From Clostridia bacterium (GTDB taxonomy: Bacteria > Bacillota > Clostridia > UBA1381 > UMGS1253), in assembly GCA_045578865.1 (NCBI GenBank), contig JAZNLB010000003.1, forward strand, positions 559-64,558: a stretch of DNA of 64,000 bases, in the 5' to 3' direction. Both the position numbers and the translations under genes were made by a program. This document shows positions 38,201-47,838 of this stretch, in pieces (the stretch's first letter is position 1; each line of letters begins with the position of its first letter). The notes beneath the pieces are model-generated. The model did no database searches. It saw nothing but the letters and a program-made list of their open reading frames with translations, and was not told the DNA's origin.

Positions 38201-38846
38201 GGAACTTGCATCCCTGCGCGGTCAAATTCGAGCACTGGGCAATGTTAATGTGGATGCCATTGAGGAGTATAAGGCGGTTAAGGAAAGATTTGACTTTTTG
38301 TCGGAGCAGCTCAGCGACCTTACCGAAGCCAAGGTGGATTTGGAAAAACTGATTGCTTCCATCCAAGAAAAGATGAAGGAGCAGTTTAAGGAGCAGTTTG
38401 CGGTTATTAACAAGCATTTTTCAGAGACATTTACGGCACTGTTCGGCGGCGGCCGCGCGGAGCTGAAATTGGTAGACCCGGACAATGTGCTTGAAAGCAG
38501 TATTGAAATTGAGGCACAGCCACCGGGCAAGAAACTGCAAAACTTGAGTCTGCTTTCGGGCGGCGAGATGGCATTTACGGCGATTGCGCTGTTGTTTGCA
38601 ATTTTGAAGGTGCGTCCGACTCCGTTTTGCGTGCTTGACGAAATTGAGGCGGCGCTCGATGAATCGAATGTATACCGCTTTGCAGACTATGTGCGTGATT
38701 ACAGCAAAAAGACGCAGTTTATTTTGGTTACGCATCGTCGCGGTACGATGGAGGCGGCAGACCTGCTTTATGGTGTAACCATGCAGGAAAAGGGCGTATC
38801 CAAGCTTTTGGCATTGCGTCTTGATGAAGCACAGAATTTAGAATAG
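35271..38846 (+). CDS. smc: Chromosome partition protein Smc
   Basis: Track ORF 35253-38846. ATG at 35271 after AAGGGGAGA. Walker [10 protein letters not shown], long coiled coils plus hinge, signature LSGGE, Walker [12 protein letters not shown]. Confidence 0.95.
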   Translation: MALYLKSIELVGFKSFADKTILNFEPGVTGVVGPNGSGKSNISDAIRWVMGEMSAKALRGGNMQDVIFNGTEKRKPLGYAQVSLTLDNSNRAFCVDFDEVCVSRRVYRSGESEYYINGAQCRLKDIHELFMDTGLGREGYSIIGQGKVSEIVSGKNEERRIMLDEASGISKYRHRKEEAQRKLGHTEENLVRIRDIVTELETQVEPLFKQSEKAKKYLNLRESLKKIDLNLFIRSTDRLKKDGDETDKNFIIVTEQLTQAQGAYSETERKIEEENTKADAQEHLALQLHTQSTDTEVVIREYLGEIEVLRQKVESGKTASGRSAADVQNLKTRLQAAQENHAGIEGERRALEEQLDAKKKELADLEQESRAAAQQYETHVRSINDAKSDMIEKLNAIAELKAKLSSYEAFKTGFAERKQALLQTQAVGEQTIAALREKKERAETLLLKKQEEIVEMEKEISVLERDILIRDGEFAAAEFARIGATETLGKKASRLSMLREMEKDFEGFNRSVKGVLEAYGRGELKQVSLHGALSALIEVEPKAVIAIETVLGAAAQNIVVETEEDAKAAIAYLKQNKLGRVTFLPVSSVKGMQLEEEKEVKNMRGFVAMADAMVSTDVHFKQIISHLLGKTVVVDSMDNAIAISRKFGYRFRIVTLEGEVLNAGGAITGGSVNKHTGLLSRAGEIKTLEKEAAEFQKKVDAADEQMKVIKAAIASLEENKAEKAQAINLARQESVRLRADADYAAQELDSGENAVAAAELEKEQIELQMKQTNDNIALVINQITSNEFAVEATNKTITEMEAGLADCEAARALAGEAVADKQIEITSIGRDVFALRQRAADVLMQIGEVARDIESREADIRANDDAAVQMLGQIEQKQALVEETKKKSEQIYADIDAANKARAAAKAAAAQLMEDSKEAREKIFALREEQNRINARRIKISEELETLSERIWEEYELTYSAALEYKAEIGTVTEAQKELASLRGQIRALGNVNVDAIEEYKAVKERFDFLSEQLSDLTEAKVDLEKLIASIQEKMKEQFKEQFAVINKHFSETFTALFGGGRAELKLVDPDNVLESSIEIEAQPPGKKLQNLSLLSGGEMAFTAIALLFAILKVRPTPFCVLDEIEAALDESNVYRFADYVRDYSKKTQFILVTHRRGTMEAADLLYGVTMQEKGVSKLLALRLDEAQNLE

Positions 38847-38848
38847 GA

Positions 38849-39769
38849 ATGAAGGAAATGAGATTTTTAGATAAGCTCAAAAGCGGGATTGCAAAGACAA
38901 GAGATGCCTTTTCGGAAAAGGTAAGCATCATCTTTTCTGCATTTACACATGTGGATGAAGAATTGTTTGAAGAACTGGAAGAGGCGCTCATTACGGCGGA
39001 TGTGGGATTTGAAACATCCATGGAAATTATTGAAAATCTGCGTGAGCGTGTAAAACGAGAGCGTACGCAAGAACCGCAACAGGTTCAAACGATGCTCGGC
39101 GAGGTTATTTCCGAAATGCTTACCGAAACGCAGACGCCGTTTTTACATGACGATAAGCCGGCGGTGTTGCTTGTCATCGGTGTCAACGGGGTGGGTAAAA
39201 CTACGAGCATCGGTAAATTGGCAATGCATTTTAAAAATCAGGGAAAGAAAGTGATGCTTGCGGCGGCAGATACATTCCGTGCGGCAGCTATAGACCAACT
39301 CGACATCTGGGCGCAGCGCAGCAGTTGCGAAATTATCAAACACGCCGAAGGAGCAGACCCCGGGGCTGTGGTGTTTGATGCGCTTGCGGCGGCAAAGGCG
39401 AGGGGTTGCGACCTTTTGATTTGTGATACGGCAGGCAGACTGCACAACAAAAAGAATTTGATGGATGAACTTGGCAAGATTTCGCGCATCATTGACCGTG
39501 AAGCACCGAATTTTCAAAAACAGGTCCTGCTTGTTTTAGATGCGACAACGGGGCAAAATGCCATCAGCCAGGCAAAACTTTTCTCGGAAAGTGCCGGCAT
39601 TGACGGCATCATTTTGACAAAACTTGACGGAACGGCAAAAGGCGGCGTTGTGATTGGCATTTGCCGTGAGCAGAGTATACCGGTACGGTTTGTCGGGATT
39701 GGAGAAGGGATAAATGATTTGCAGCCGTTTGACGCTGCGGATTTTGCAAAAGCATTATTGGAACAGTAA
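38849..39769 (+). CDS. ftsY: Signal recognition particle receptor FtsY
   Basis: 306 aa. SRP GTPase motifs [19 protein letters not shown]. Confidence 0.9.
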   Translation: MKEMRFLDKLKSGIAKTRDAFSEKVSIIFSAFTHVDEELFEELEEALITADVGFETSMEIIENLRERVKRERTQEPQQVQTMLGEVISEMLTETQTPFLHDDKPAVLLVIGVNGVGKTTSIGKLAMHFKNQGKKVMLAAADTFRAAAIDQLDIWAQRSSCEIIKHAEGADPGAVVFDALAAAKARGCDLLICDTAGRLHNKKNLMDELGKISRIIDREAPNFQKQVLLVLDATTGQNAISQAKLFSESAGIDGIILTKLDGTAKGGVVIGICREQSIPVRFVGIGEGINDLQPFDAADFAKALLEQ

Positions 39770-39799
39770 AGGATTTTGTTTTCGAAAGGATGTGAAACA

Positions 39800-42586
39800 G
39801 TGGCTTTTAACGAAAAAGATTTTCAAAATGCGAAGACGGTAAATACCAAACACCCTAGAGAAAAACGCCTTTTAACGATCTGGATTGTACTTGGTTTGCT
39901 TGGCGTATTGTTGGTGGCGGCTTTGACGATGTATGTTCGTTATATCCGCATTTACGAAGTCGGCGCACAGTTTACCGAAGTGTACTGGACGAACTTGCGT
40001 ACGAGCATTGTTGCACAAATTGCGAGTTTTCTTGTTGTGTTCGTGCTCTTTACGGTCAACAACCTCGTTATCCGAAAGATTGTGTGGAGAGAACATAGCG
40101 ATTTAAAAGTAATTTCGAATTTGCTGCCGATGCTTTTGGTCACTGCGGTCATTGCGTTTGTCGCCAGTCGTTTTATCAGCGAAAGTGTCTATACGCGTTT
40201 TCTGGAATTTGCCAATGCAACGAGTTTCGGATTGACGGATCCGCTTTTGGGGCAGGATATCGGCTATTATATGTTCCAAAGACCGTTTATCATGTCTGTG
40301 GTGGATAGTGCAAAAGTGATTTTGATTATTCAGGCGGCTTATACGGTTATTGCATATTGCATTTTATATGCGCGTATGGGTGTGGATAGTTTTGGAGATA
40401 TCTTTAAAAGCCGTCCGGTGCTGGTGCATTGTTTCGTAGATGTTTTTCTGATTTTTCTTTGCATTGCGCTCACCTTTAAATTTAATTCGGAAAATTTGCT
40501 TTATGGCGCCTTTGGCAACAACTTAAACGGCGCAGGTTATACGGACACTTATGTATGGCAGGCATATTATAAGTGTGCGCCGATTGTTCTTTTGCTTTCG
40601 GTTGCCGTTACGGTATTTATGCTGATGCGCGGTAAAATCAAGGGCGCAATCGGTGGCGTACTGTTGTTTCCGGCAGCTTGGGTTTTAACGGCAGTGATTT
40701 CGCTTGGCGTGCAAACGCTTGTGGTTGCACCTAATGACATTGCCATTGAGTCGGACAATATCTGCAACAATATCCTTATGACGCGCAGTGCCTACGGTTT
40801 GGACAAAATCAGAGAAATTGCGCTTCCGATTAACAATACGCTGACCCAAAGTGATTTGGATGCAAATCAAGAAACGATAGACAACATTCGAGTGCTGGAT
40901 TACAATTCAACGGTGACGGCTTTTAACAAGCTGCAGGGCATCAAACCGTATTACACATTTAAAAATACGGATGTATCTGCCTATACGATGAATGGCAGAA
41001 AAACTACGCTTGCCATCGGTGCAAGAGAACTGGATTACGAAAAACTTGCAACGGATGCAAACGACAGTTATGTAAACAAAACCTATAAATATACACATGG
41101 TTACGGTGTTGCGGTAAGCCCGATGCACCGTGCGACGGCCGAGGGGCAGCCGGATTTTGTGGCAAAGGATATTCCGCAGGAAACGATTGAGGGCTTTCCG
41201 AACATCACACAGCCGCGTATCTATTATGGTGAGTATACAAATAGCCATGTGATTGTAAATACCAAACTCAGGGAAATTGACTATTCCGAAGGTCAGACCA
41301 ATGTGGAGTTTTCCTACGATGGTGCAGGTGGTATTGCGCTTGACGGATTTAACCGCATATTGTTTGCTTTTTTAGAAGGCGACTACAAGATGCTTATGTC
41401 CGGTCAGGTGACCAATCAGTCTCGCATTTTAACCAATCGCAATGTGCGCGAACGCGTACGCAGTGTAGCGCCATTTTTTGTCTATGACGAAAATCCGTAT
41501 CTGGTAGTTACGGCGGATGGAAAACTCAAGTGGATTATAGATGCCTATACCGTGTCGGACCAGTTTCCGTATGCTCAGACATATTCGGCGGGCTTTAACT
41601 ATATCCGAAATTCCATCAAAGTGGTTGTAGATGCCTATGATGGAACGGTGCATTTTTATATTGCCGATACAACCGATCCGATTGCGCTGACCTATCAAAA
41701 AATTTATCCGTCTTTGTTTGAAGACGGTGCGATTCCGGAGGATATCCGCGCCCATGTGCGCTATCCGGAATATCTGTTTAATGTGCAGGCACAGATGTAT
41801 AAAAAGTATCATATCACAGACCCGCATGTATTTTATAACAGCAGTGATATCTGGGATATCGCCAAGGAAAAGTCCGGAGATAAGGACGCGCAGTATATTG
41901 TACCGTACTACAACATGATGCGCCTTTACGGACTTGAGCAAAATGGTTTGAGCTTGTATCTGACGATGCCGTTTACGATTTTAAACAAGGACTACATCAG
42001 CAGTTATTTTGTTGCCGGTTCGGATGGTGACAGTTACGGTCAACTTGTGAGTTACAGGTTTATTAACGCTGAAAAGAATGCCTACGGCACGATGCAGATG
42101 GAAAATCGCATTGATAACGACCCGGAGATTTCCGGTCAGATGACATTGTGGGGACAGGGCGGCTCCAATGTAGTGCGAGGCAACATGATTATTGTACCTG
42201 TCAAGGATTCGCTTCTGTATGTAGAGCCGGTGTATATCACTACCAACAATGCGGCTTCCTTCCCGGAATTGAAGCGCGTTATTGTAGGGTATAAGGAAAA
42301 TATTGTGATGGAGACAACTTTGCAGGCCTGTCTTGCAAAATTGTTTGGAGATGGCGGTATAGTACAAGCGCAGACACCACCGTTGCAGCAGGAGACCGAG
42401 GTGCTTTTGCCGGACGAGAGCGAAACGCAAGTACCGCCGATTGCACAACAGGATGTATTGGAGAAGGTGCGACAGTTGTATGCAACTTATAAGCAATACA
42501 ACGCCGCCGGAGATTTTGAAAATGCCGGCAAGGCATTGGCGGAACTGGACAGACTTTTAACGGATAGTGCAGGCATCGTTCAATAA
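39800..42586 (+). CDS. UPF0182-family large integral membrane protein
   Basis: Track ORF 39776-42586 (TTG). I prefer the GTG at 39800, 9 nt after AAAGGA; the start remains uncertain. ~7 N-terminal TM helices followed by a large extracytoplasmic region, as in the UPF0182 family. Confidence 0.6.
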   Translation: MAFNEKDFQNAKTVNTKHPREKRLLTIWIVLGLLGVLLVAALTMYVRYIRIYEVGAQFTEVYWTNLRTSIVAQIASFLVVFVLFTVNNLVIRKIVWREHSDLKVISNLLPMLLVTAVIAFVASRFISESVYTRFLEFANATSFGLTDPLLGQDIGYYMFQRPFIMSVVDSAKVILIIQAAYTVIAYCILYARMGVDSFGDIFKSRPVLVHCFVDVFLIFLCIALTFKFNSENLLYGAFGNNLNGAGYTDTYVWQAYYKCAPIVLLLSVAVTVFMLMRGKIKGAIGGVLLFPAAWVLTAVISLGVQTLVVAPNDIAIESDNICNNILMTRSAYGLDKIREIALPINNTLTQSDLDANQETIDNIRVLDYNSTVTAFNKLQGIKPYYTFKNTDVSAYTMNGRKTTLAIGARELDYEKLATDANDSYVNKTYKYTHGYGVAVSPMHRATAEGQPDFVAKDIPQETIEGFPNITQPRIYYGEYTNSHVIVNTKLREIDYSEGQTNVEFSYDGAGGIALDGFNRILFAFLEGDYKMLMSGQVTNQSRILTNRNVRERVRSVAPFFVYDENPYLVVTADGKLKWIIDAYTVSDQFPYAQTYSAGFNYIRNSIKVVVDAYDGTVHFYIADTTDPIALTYQKIYPSLFEDGAIPEDIRAHVRYPEYLFNVQAQMYKKYHITDPHVFYNSSDIWDIAKEKSGDKDAQYIVPYYNMMRLYGLEQNGLSLYLTMPFTILNKDYISSYFVAGSDGDSYGQLVSYRFINAEKNAYGTMQMENRIDNDPEISGQMTLWGQGGSNVVRGNMIIVPVKDSLLYVEPVYITTNNAASFPELKRVIVGYKENIVMETTLQACLAKLFGDGGIVQAQTPPLQQETEVLLPDESETQVPPIAQQDVLEKVRQLYATYKQYNAAGDFENAGKALAELDRLLTDSAGIVQ

Positions 42587-42590
42587 AAAA

Positions 42591-42631
42591 CAAAAATTGC
42601 ATCCCATAAAAAATATGGGATGCAATTTTTT
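42591..42631 (+). terminator. Intrinsic terminator
   Basis: 14-bp perfect stem aattgcatcccata / tatgggatgcaatt followed by TTTTTT. Confidence 0.85.
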
Positions 42632-42792
42632 AATATCGTTTTAATTCCTGAGCAGTGCGGTTTTGAATAAAGAGGCATACAACTGATAGCCGGAGGCATT
42701 CAAGAGTGCACTGTCTTTAAAAACAGGAAGCGCCGCAAAATGACAAGTATAAAAAGCATGGTGATTGCAAAAAATATATCAGGTGATTTTTT

Positions 42793-43629
42793 ATGTGGAA
42801 ACGCTATTTTGTGGAGTATGCTTGCGTTGCGCTGGGTGCGCTGACTCTGGCGTTGGGGCTTAATGTCTTTTTAGTGCCGATGCAGCTGTCGGTCGGCGGT
42901 GTCGGCTCGATCGGTACGGTTCTTTTGTATCTTATAAACCTGCCTCTTTCGGTGACCAATCTCGTTATAAATGCAGGGCTGTTTGTTGTAGGATATAAGT
43001 ATCTTGGCAAGGCGATGCTTGTAAAAACAGTGGCGGGTATTTTGTTTTTGTCCTTGTTTTTATCGCTTACAGAAAAGCTGCCTGCCTTTACGGACGATGT
43101 TTTACTGGCAGCACTGTTCGGCGGTTTATTGTGTGGGGCAGGCGTTGGTATCGTTGTGCGCTTTGAAGGCTCTACGGGTGGAAGCGATTTTGCGGCGGTG
43201 ATTTTGCATCATATATTTGCACATCTGTCGGTGCCGATTTTGCTTTTGCTTTTGGATTTGGCAGTTGTGTTTGTCAGCGGATTTATATTTGAAAGTGTGG
43301 CGGTGACGCTTTATTCTGTGTTGGCGCTTGCGGTTGCAGCTAAGACGGCGGATATGATTTTGACCATGGGTGATATGGCAAAATCCGTATTCGTTCTGTC
43401 CGAAAAAGCAGATGAAATTGCAGGATATATCCATGAAAAAATAGAGCGCGGCGTAACGGGAGTGCATAGTCGCGGCATGTATACAAAAAAAGACAGGTTG
43501 ATGCTTTTGTGTGCAGTCAGCCCCAAACAACTGCCCATGCTTGTGCACGGAATAAAACAAATTGATAAAACGGCTTTTATCATTATTACAGATGCACATC
43601 GGGTGGTGGGCGAGGGCTTTAAAAAATAA
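42793..43629 (+). CDS. YitT-family membrane protein (DUF161/DUF2179)
   Basis: 278 aa. Typical N-terminus ALGLNVFLVPMQLSVGGVGSIG, multi-TM, and a C-terminal DUF2179-like soluble domain. Confidence 0.8.
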   Translation: MWKRYFVEYACVALGALTLALGLNVFLVPMQLSVGGVGSIGTVLLYLINLPLSVTNLVINAGLFVVGYKYLGKAMLVKTVAGILFLSLFLSLTEKLPAFTDDVLLAALFGGLLCGAGVGIVVRFEGSTGGSDFAAVILHHIFAHLSVPILLLLLDLAVVFVSGFIFESVAVTLYSVLALAVAAKTADMILTMGDMAKSVFVLSEKADEIAGYIHEKIERGVTGVHSRGMYTKKDRLMLLCAVSPKQLPMLVHGIKQIDKTAFIIITDAHRVVGEGFKK

Positions 43630-43725
43630 ATAAACCGTATTCCCCTCGGCTTATGAACGAATACTACGGCGAAGGCTTGACAGCACAAAGGCCATAAGGT
43701 ACAATGAGCAAAAGGAGTGAATGCT

Positions 43726-44415
43726 ATGCAGATTTGCAGTTTAATTAAACTATCCTTAAACGATTACCCGGGCAAGATGGCGTGCACATTGTTTACCGGT
43801 GGATGCAATTTGCGTTGCCCGTTTTGTCATAATGGACCGCTTGTACTGGAGGAGCCGATAGCGGAAGTAGCACAAGAGGAGTTTTTTGCTTTTTTACAAA
43901 AACGCAAGGGAATTTTAGATGGCGTATGCATCAGTGGCGGCGAGCCTCTTTTGCAACCGGATATTGAACCATTTATCCGCAAAATCAAGGCACTTGATTA
44001 CAGCGTGAAGCTTGACACCAATGGCACGATGCCCGACAAACTGATAGCGCTTTGCGAGCAGGAGCTTATAGATTATGTGGCGATGGACATCAAAAACAGC
44101 AAAGAAAAGTATGCACTTACCGTCGGCGTCGAAAATTTTGATATAGCAAAAATCGAAAAAAGTGTGGATTATTTGCTTTCGGGTAAGGTGGAATATGAGT
44201 TTCGGACTACCCTTGTAGCGGAATTTCACACACCACAAGATATTGTGGATATAGGAAAATGGATTTCGGGGGCAAAACGCTACTATATGGCAGTGTTTCG
44301 CGATGGAGAAACCGTGATACATAGTGGCTTGCACGCCCCGAAAAGTGCGGATTTACAGGCGTTTGAAGCTGCTGTAACGCCTTTTGTCGGGGAAGTGCAT
44401 TTGCGTGGCATATAA
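43726..44415 (+). CDS. nrdG: Anaerobic ribonucleoside-triphosphate reductase activating protein (radical SAM)
   Basis: Track ORF 43717-44415. ATG at 43726 after AAGGAG. DYPGKMACTLFTGGCNLRCPFCHN cluster motif. Confidence 0.85.
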   Translation: MQICSLIKLSLNDYPGKMACTLFTGGCNLRCPFCHNGPLVLEEPIAEVAQEEFFAFLQKRKGILDGVCISGGEPLLQPDIEPFIRKIKALDYSVKLDTNGTMPDKLIALCEQELIDYVAMDIKNSKEKYALTVGVENFDIAKIEKSVDYLLSGKVEYEFRTTLVAEFHTPQDIVDIGKWISGAKRYYMAVFRDGETVIHSGLHAPKSADLQAFEAAVTPFVGEVHLRGI

Positions 44416-44444
44416 CAAAATGTTGTGGTTTAAAAAATTTTTTT

Positions 44445-44483
44445 ACACAATATATTGACAACAAAATATAGTAGTGTTATAAT
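44445..44483 (+). promoter_or_regulatory. nrdD promoter overlapped by two NrdR-box-like palindromes
   Basis: acacaatatattgaca (44445-44460) and acaaaatatagtagtgt (44461-44477) resemble the NrdR box (acaCwAtATaTwgtgt). TTGACA (44455-44460), 17 nt, TATAAT (44478-44483). Confidence 0.6.
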
Positions 44484-44600
44484 GGGTACAATCCCGCTTT
44501 TTCCGATAAGAGAAGTGGGAGAGTACTCATTTTTATTTTAAGTCATAATCGCTGATCGGAGCGAAAATCCGAAAAATTGAGAAAGTGGGGGGTATACAAG

Positions 44601-46961
44601 ATGTATCAGGTAATGAAACGCGACGGCGAGCTTGTGGAGTTCGATATTTCGAAAATCAGTGCAGCCATCACAAAAGCCTTTGATGCACAGGGCAAGCAGT
44701 ATCATCCGAGCGTAATTGATTTGCTTGCGCTTAAAGTGACGGCAGAATTTGAGCCGAAAATCAAAAATGATGTTATTAAAGTGGAGGACATTCAGGATAG
44801 CGTGGAGTCCGTGCTCATTTTGGGCGGTTATGCCGATGTTGCAAAGGCATATATTCTTTATCGTCGTCAGCGCGAAAAGGTGCGCGCAACGAAAGCAACC
44901 TTATTAAACTATAAAGACCTCGTAAACAGTTATGTTAAGGTAACGGACTGGCGTGTAAAGGAGAACTCAACGGTTACATATTCTGTAGGCGGTTTGATTT
45001 TGTCCAACTCCGGTGCGATTACCGCAAACTACTGGTTATCCGAAATCTACGATGACGATATTGCAAACGCACATCGTCGCGCAGACATTCACATTCACGA
45101 CCTTTCGATGTTGACAGGATATTGTGCGGGTTGGTCTTTAAAACAACTCATTCAGGAAGGTCTTGGCGGCGTCAACGGAAAGATTACCTCCAAACCGGCA
45201 AGCCATTTATCCACACTGTGCAATCAAATGGTGAACTTCCTCGGTATCATGCAGAACGAGTGGGCAGGCGCGCAGGCGTTTTCTTCATTTGATACCTACC
45301 TTGCACCATTCGTAAAGGTGGACAACCTTTCTTATTACGAAGTGAAAAAGTGCATTGAGTCCTTCGTGTTCGGTGTAAATATCCCGAGCCGTTGGGGTAC
45401 ACAGGCACCGTTTTCCAATATCACTCTCGATTGGACCGTTCCGGCCGACCTTGCGGAGCAGAACTGTATCGTAGGCGGCAAGGAAGTAGACTTTAAGTAC
45501 AAAGACTGTAAGGCCGAGATGGATATGATTAACAAGGCCTTCATCGAAATCATGATTGAGGGTGATGCAAATGGTCGCGGATTCCAGTATCCGATTCCGA
45601 CCTATTCCATCACACGCGATTTTGACTGGTCCGAATCCGAAAACAACAAGTTGCTCTTTGAGATGACCTCCAAATACGGCACACCGTACTTCTCTAACTA
45701 CATCAACAGCGATATGGAGCCGAGTGATGTACGCAGTATGTGCTGCCGTCTGCGTCTGGATTTAAGAGAACTGCGTAAAAAGTCCGGTGGTTTCTTCGGT
45801 AGTGGTGAAAGTACCGGTAGCGTCGGTGTTGTAACGATCAATATGCCGCGTATTGCGTATATGTCTGAAAACGAGCAGGAGTTCTATGCGCGTTTGGACA
45901 ACTTAATGGATATTTCCGCGCGATCTTTGAAAATCAAGCGCACGGTTATCACAAAACTGTTAAACGAAGGCTTGTATCCGTACACAAAGCGTTACCTCGG
46001 CTCGTTTGAAAACCACTTTTCGACCATTGGTTTGGTGGGTATGAACGAAGCGGGTTTGAATGCAAAGTGGCTCAAAGCGGATATGACGAGCGAAAAGACA
46101 CAGAAGTTTACGCAGAATGTTTTAAATCATATGCGTGAAAGACTTTCCGATTATCAGGAAAAGTACGGTGATTTGTACAACTTGGAAGCAACACCGGCCG
46201 AGTCGACTTCTTATCGTCTTGCAAAGCATGATGTAGAGCAGTTCGGTGACATTGTTACCGCAAACGAAAATGGTACGCCGTACTACACCAACTCGTCGCA
46301 TTTGCCGGTTGGTTACACCGACGATATTTTTGAAGCACTCTCCATTCAGGATGATTTGCAGACCTTGTATACTTCGGGGACTGTATTTCATGCCTTCCTT
46401 GGCGAGAAGTTGCCGGATTGGAAAGCCGCAGCAACATTGGTTCGCAAGATTGCACAAAACCATCGCTTGCCGTATTACACACTTTCGCCGACCTACTCCG
46501 TATGTAAAAATCATGGTTACCTAAGCGGTGAGGTTTATACCTGCCCGCAGTGCGGCGAAAAGACAGAGGTTTACAGCCGTATCACAGGCTATTATCGTCC
46601 GGTACAAAACTGGAATGATGGTAAGAGTCAGGAATTTAAGGACAGAAAGGTTTACGATATAGAAAAATCCGATTTGCGTGCACCGGCAACCCCGATTCGC
46701 GCAGAGGATGCTCCGGTAAGTGCCCCGGCAGTAGAAAAGACCTTGTTGTTTACAACAAAGACCTGCCCGAACTGTAAGATTGCGGCAACCATGCTCGGTA
46801 GTGCCGGCATCGAGTATACCAAGGTGGATGCCCAAGAGGTGGCCGATCTTACAAAATCGCTTGGCATCACGCAGGCACCGACGCTTGTTGTAAGAGAAGG
46901 CGATAGCCAGAAAATTTACAGCGGTATTGGTGATATCACCAAGTATTTGCAAAATAACTAA
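44601..46961 (+). CDS. nrdD: Anaerobic (class III) ribonucleoside-triphosphate reductase with a C-terminal glutaredoxin/NrdH-like domain
   Basis: Track ORF 44577-46961. ATG at 44601 after GTGGGGGG. N-terminal ATP-cone, Zn-ribbon CKNHGY..CPQCG, glycyl-radical motif SRITGYYRP (Gly codon 46587-46589). A ~95-aa extension follows, containing FTTKTCPNCK (Cys codons 46764-46775). Confidence 0.9.
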   Translation: MYQVMKRDGELVEFDISKISAAITKAFDAQGKQYHPSVIDLLALKVTAEFEPKIKNDVIKVEDIQDSVESVLILGGYADVAKAYILYRRQREKVRATKATLLNYKDLVNSYVKVTDWRVKENSTVTYSVGGLILSNSGAITANYWLSEIYDDDIANAHRRADIHIHDLSMLTGYCAGWSLKQLIQEGLGGVNGKITSKPASHLSTLCNQMVNFLGIMQNEWAGAQAFSSFDTYLAPFVKVDNLSYYEVKKCIESFVFGVNIPSRWGTQAPFSNITLDWTVPADLAEQNCIVGGKEVDFKYKDCKAEMDMINKAFIEIMIEGDANGRGFQYPIPTYSITRDFDWSESENNKLLFEMTSKYGTPYFSNYINSDMEPSDVRSMCCRLRLDLRELRKKSGGFFGSGESTGSVGVVTINMPRIAYMSENEQEFYARLDNLMDISARSLKIKRTVITKLLNEGLYPYTKRYLGSFENHFSTIGLVGMNEAGLNAKWLKADMTSEKTQKFTQNVLNHMRERLSDYQEKYGDLYNLEATPAESTSYRLAKHDVEQFGDIVTANENGTPYYTNSSHLPVGYTDDIFEALSIQDDLQTLYTSGTVFHAFLGEKLPDWKAAATLVRKIAQNHRLPYYTLSPTYSVCKNHGYLSGEVYTCPQCGEKTEVYSRITGYYRPVQNWNDGKSQEFKDRKVYDIEKSDLRAPATPIRAEDAPVSAPAVEKTLLFTTKTCPNCKIAATMLGSAGIEYTKVDAQEVADLTKSLGITQAPTLVVREGDSQKIYSGIGDITKYLQNN

Positions 46962-46970
46962 GATACAATA

Positions 46971-46997
46971 AAAAAGCACCCGCAGGGTGCTTTTTTA
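46971..46997 (+). terminator. Intrinsic terminator after nrdD
   Basis: aaaaagcaccc gca gggtgcttttttatt. Confidence 0.85.
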
Positions 46998-47261
46998 TTG
47001 CGGATAATTACTTTTCTTCTTCAATGTTTTCCAATGCCACTTTTACCGCCTTCACTACAAAAGAGATAAAGGGGCATGCTTTTCCGTCGATTGCTTTTTC
47101 AAAGGATATTCTACGCTTTGCAAAAGTAATGTTTTTGATAAATTAAAAGTGGTATTGGGTTTGATTCGTGGATACCGATTGTAAGTAAAAATTTGTGCCT
47201 AAACGCAGCTTGGTTGACAAAACTTGTAGAATTGTGTAAAATATAAAAGAGGTGAAAGCAG

Positions 47262-47792
47262 ATGAAAAAGGTTTTGGTGGTTGTCGATTTTCAAAACGAT
47301 TTTATTACCGGCGCATTGGGGTTTTTGAAAGCAAAACAGTTGGAACGCCCGATTTATAACCGCATTGCCGAGGCGCTTCGTGACGGATATGAGATATTTT
47401 TTACTTTAGACATTCACGATGATGCGTATTTAAATACGCGCGAAGGAAAGCATTTGCCCGTCATGCATTGCCGCAAGGGCAGCGAGGGAGCAAAGATTTC
47501 CGGAATGATGAATGATTATTTAAAGTTGCCGCAGGTACATACGGTCAGCAAGACAAGTTTCGGTTCTAGAGATTTGCCGATTGTGATTAAAGAGCATTGT
47601 GGCATGGTTGATGAAATTGAACTGTGCGGTGTAGTTACCAATTTGTGTGTGCTTTCCAATGCGGTCATTTTGCAAAATCACTTTAAGAATGCGACGATTA
47701 AAATTAACGCCGAACTTTGTGCGTCCAACGATGAAACGATGCACGAAAAGGCGCTGGATGTAATGAAAAGCATGCAGTTTGAAATTATATAA
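47262..47792 (+). CDS. Isochorismatase-family cysteine hydrolase (nicotinamidase-like)
   Basis: 176 aa. VLVVVDFQNDF start and catalytic Cys block GVVTNLCV. Confidence 0.75.
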   Translation: MKKVLVVVDFQNDFITGALGFLKAKQLERPIYNRIAEALRDGYEIFFTLDIHDDAYLNTREGKHLPVMHCRKGSEGAKISGMMNDYLKLPQVHTVSKTSFGSRDLPIVIKEHCGMVDEIELCGVVTNLCVLSNAVILQNHFKNATIKINAELCASNDETMHEKALDVMKSMQFEII

Positions 47793-47795
47793 AAA

Positions 47796-47838
47796 CAAAA
47801 AAACCTCCTCAGGTAATAGCCTGAGGAGATATTTTTTA
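47796..47838. terminator. Bidirectional terminator between convergent genes
   Basis: Stem ctcctcagg / cctgaggag, with an A-run upstream and a T-run downstream. Confidence 0.75.

Noticed and set aside
37305-38417. 370-aa minus-strand ORF inside smc. Similar long antisense ORFs: 26100-26951, 33232-34107, 58669-59472, 61250-61984, 22667-23359, 15633-16208, 36488-36979, 41429-41941 and 41981-42496.
   Set aside because: Each lies fully antisense to a strongly recognisable conserved gene (smc, rnfB, acpP/rnc, pyrK, pyrE/pyrB, rnfC, transketolase, UPF0182). They have odd R/C/H/F-rich compositions and no RBS or motifs. They are typical shadow ORFs.
47000-47110. Possible minus-strand gene fragment ending ...SFEKAIDGKACPFISFVVKAVKVALENIEEEK-stop.
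   Set aside because: It has no start codon or RBS and only ~40 readable codons. The resemblance to acyltransferase-type helices is too weak. It is probably a relic or chance.
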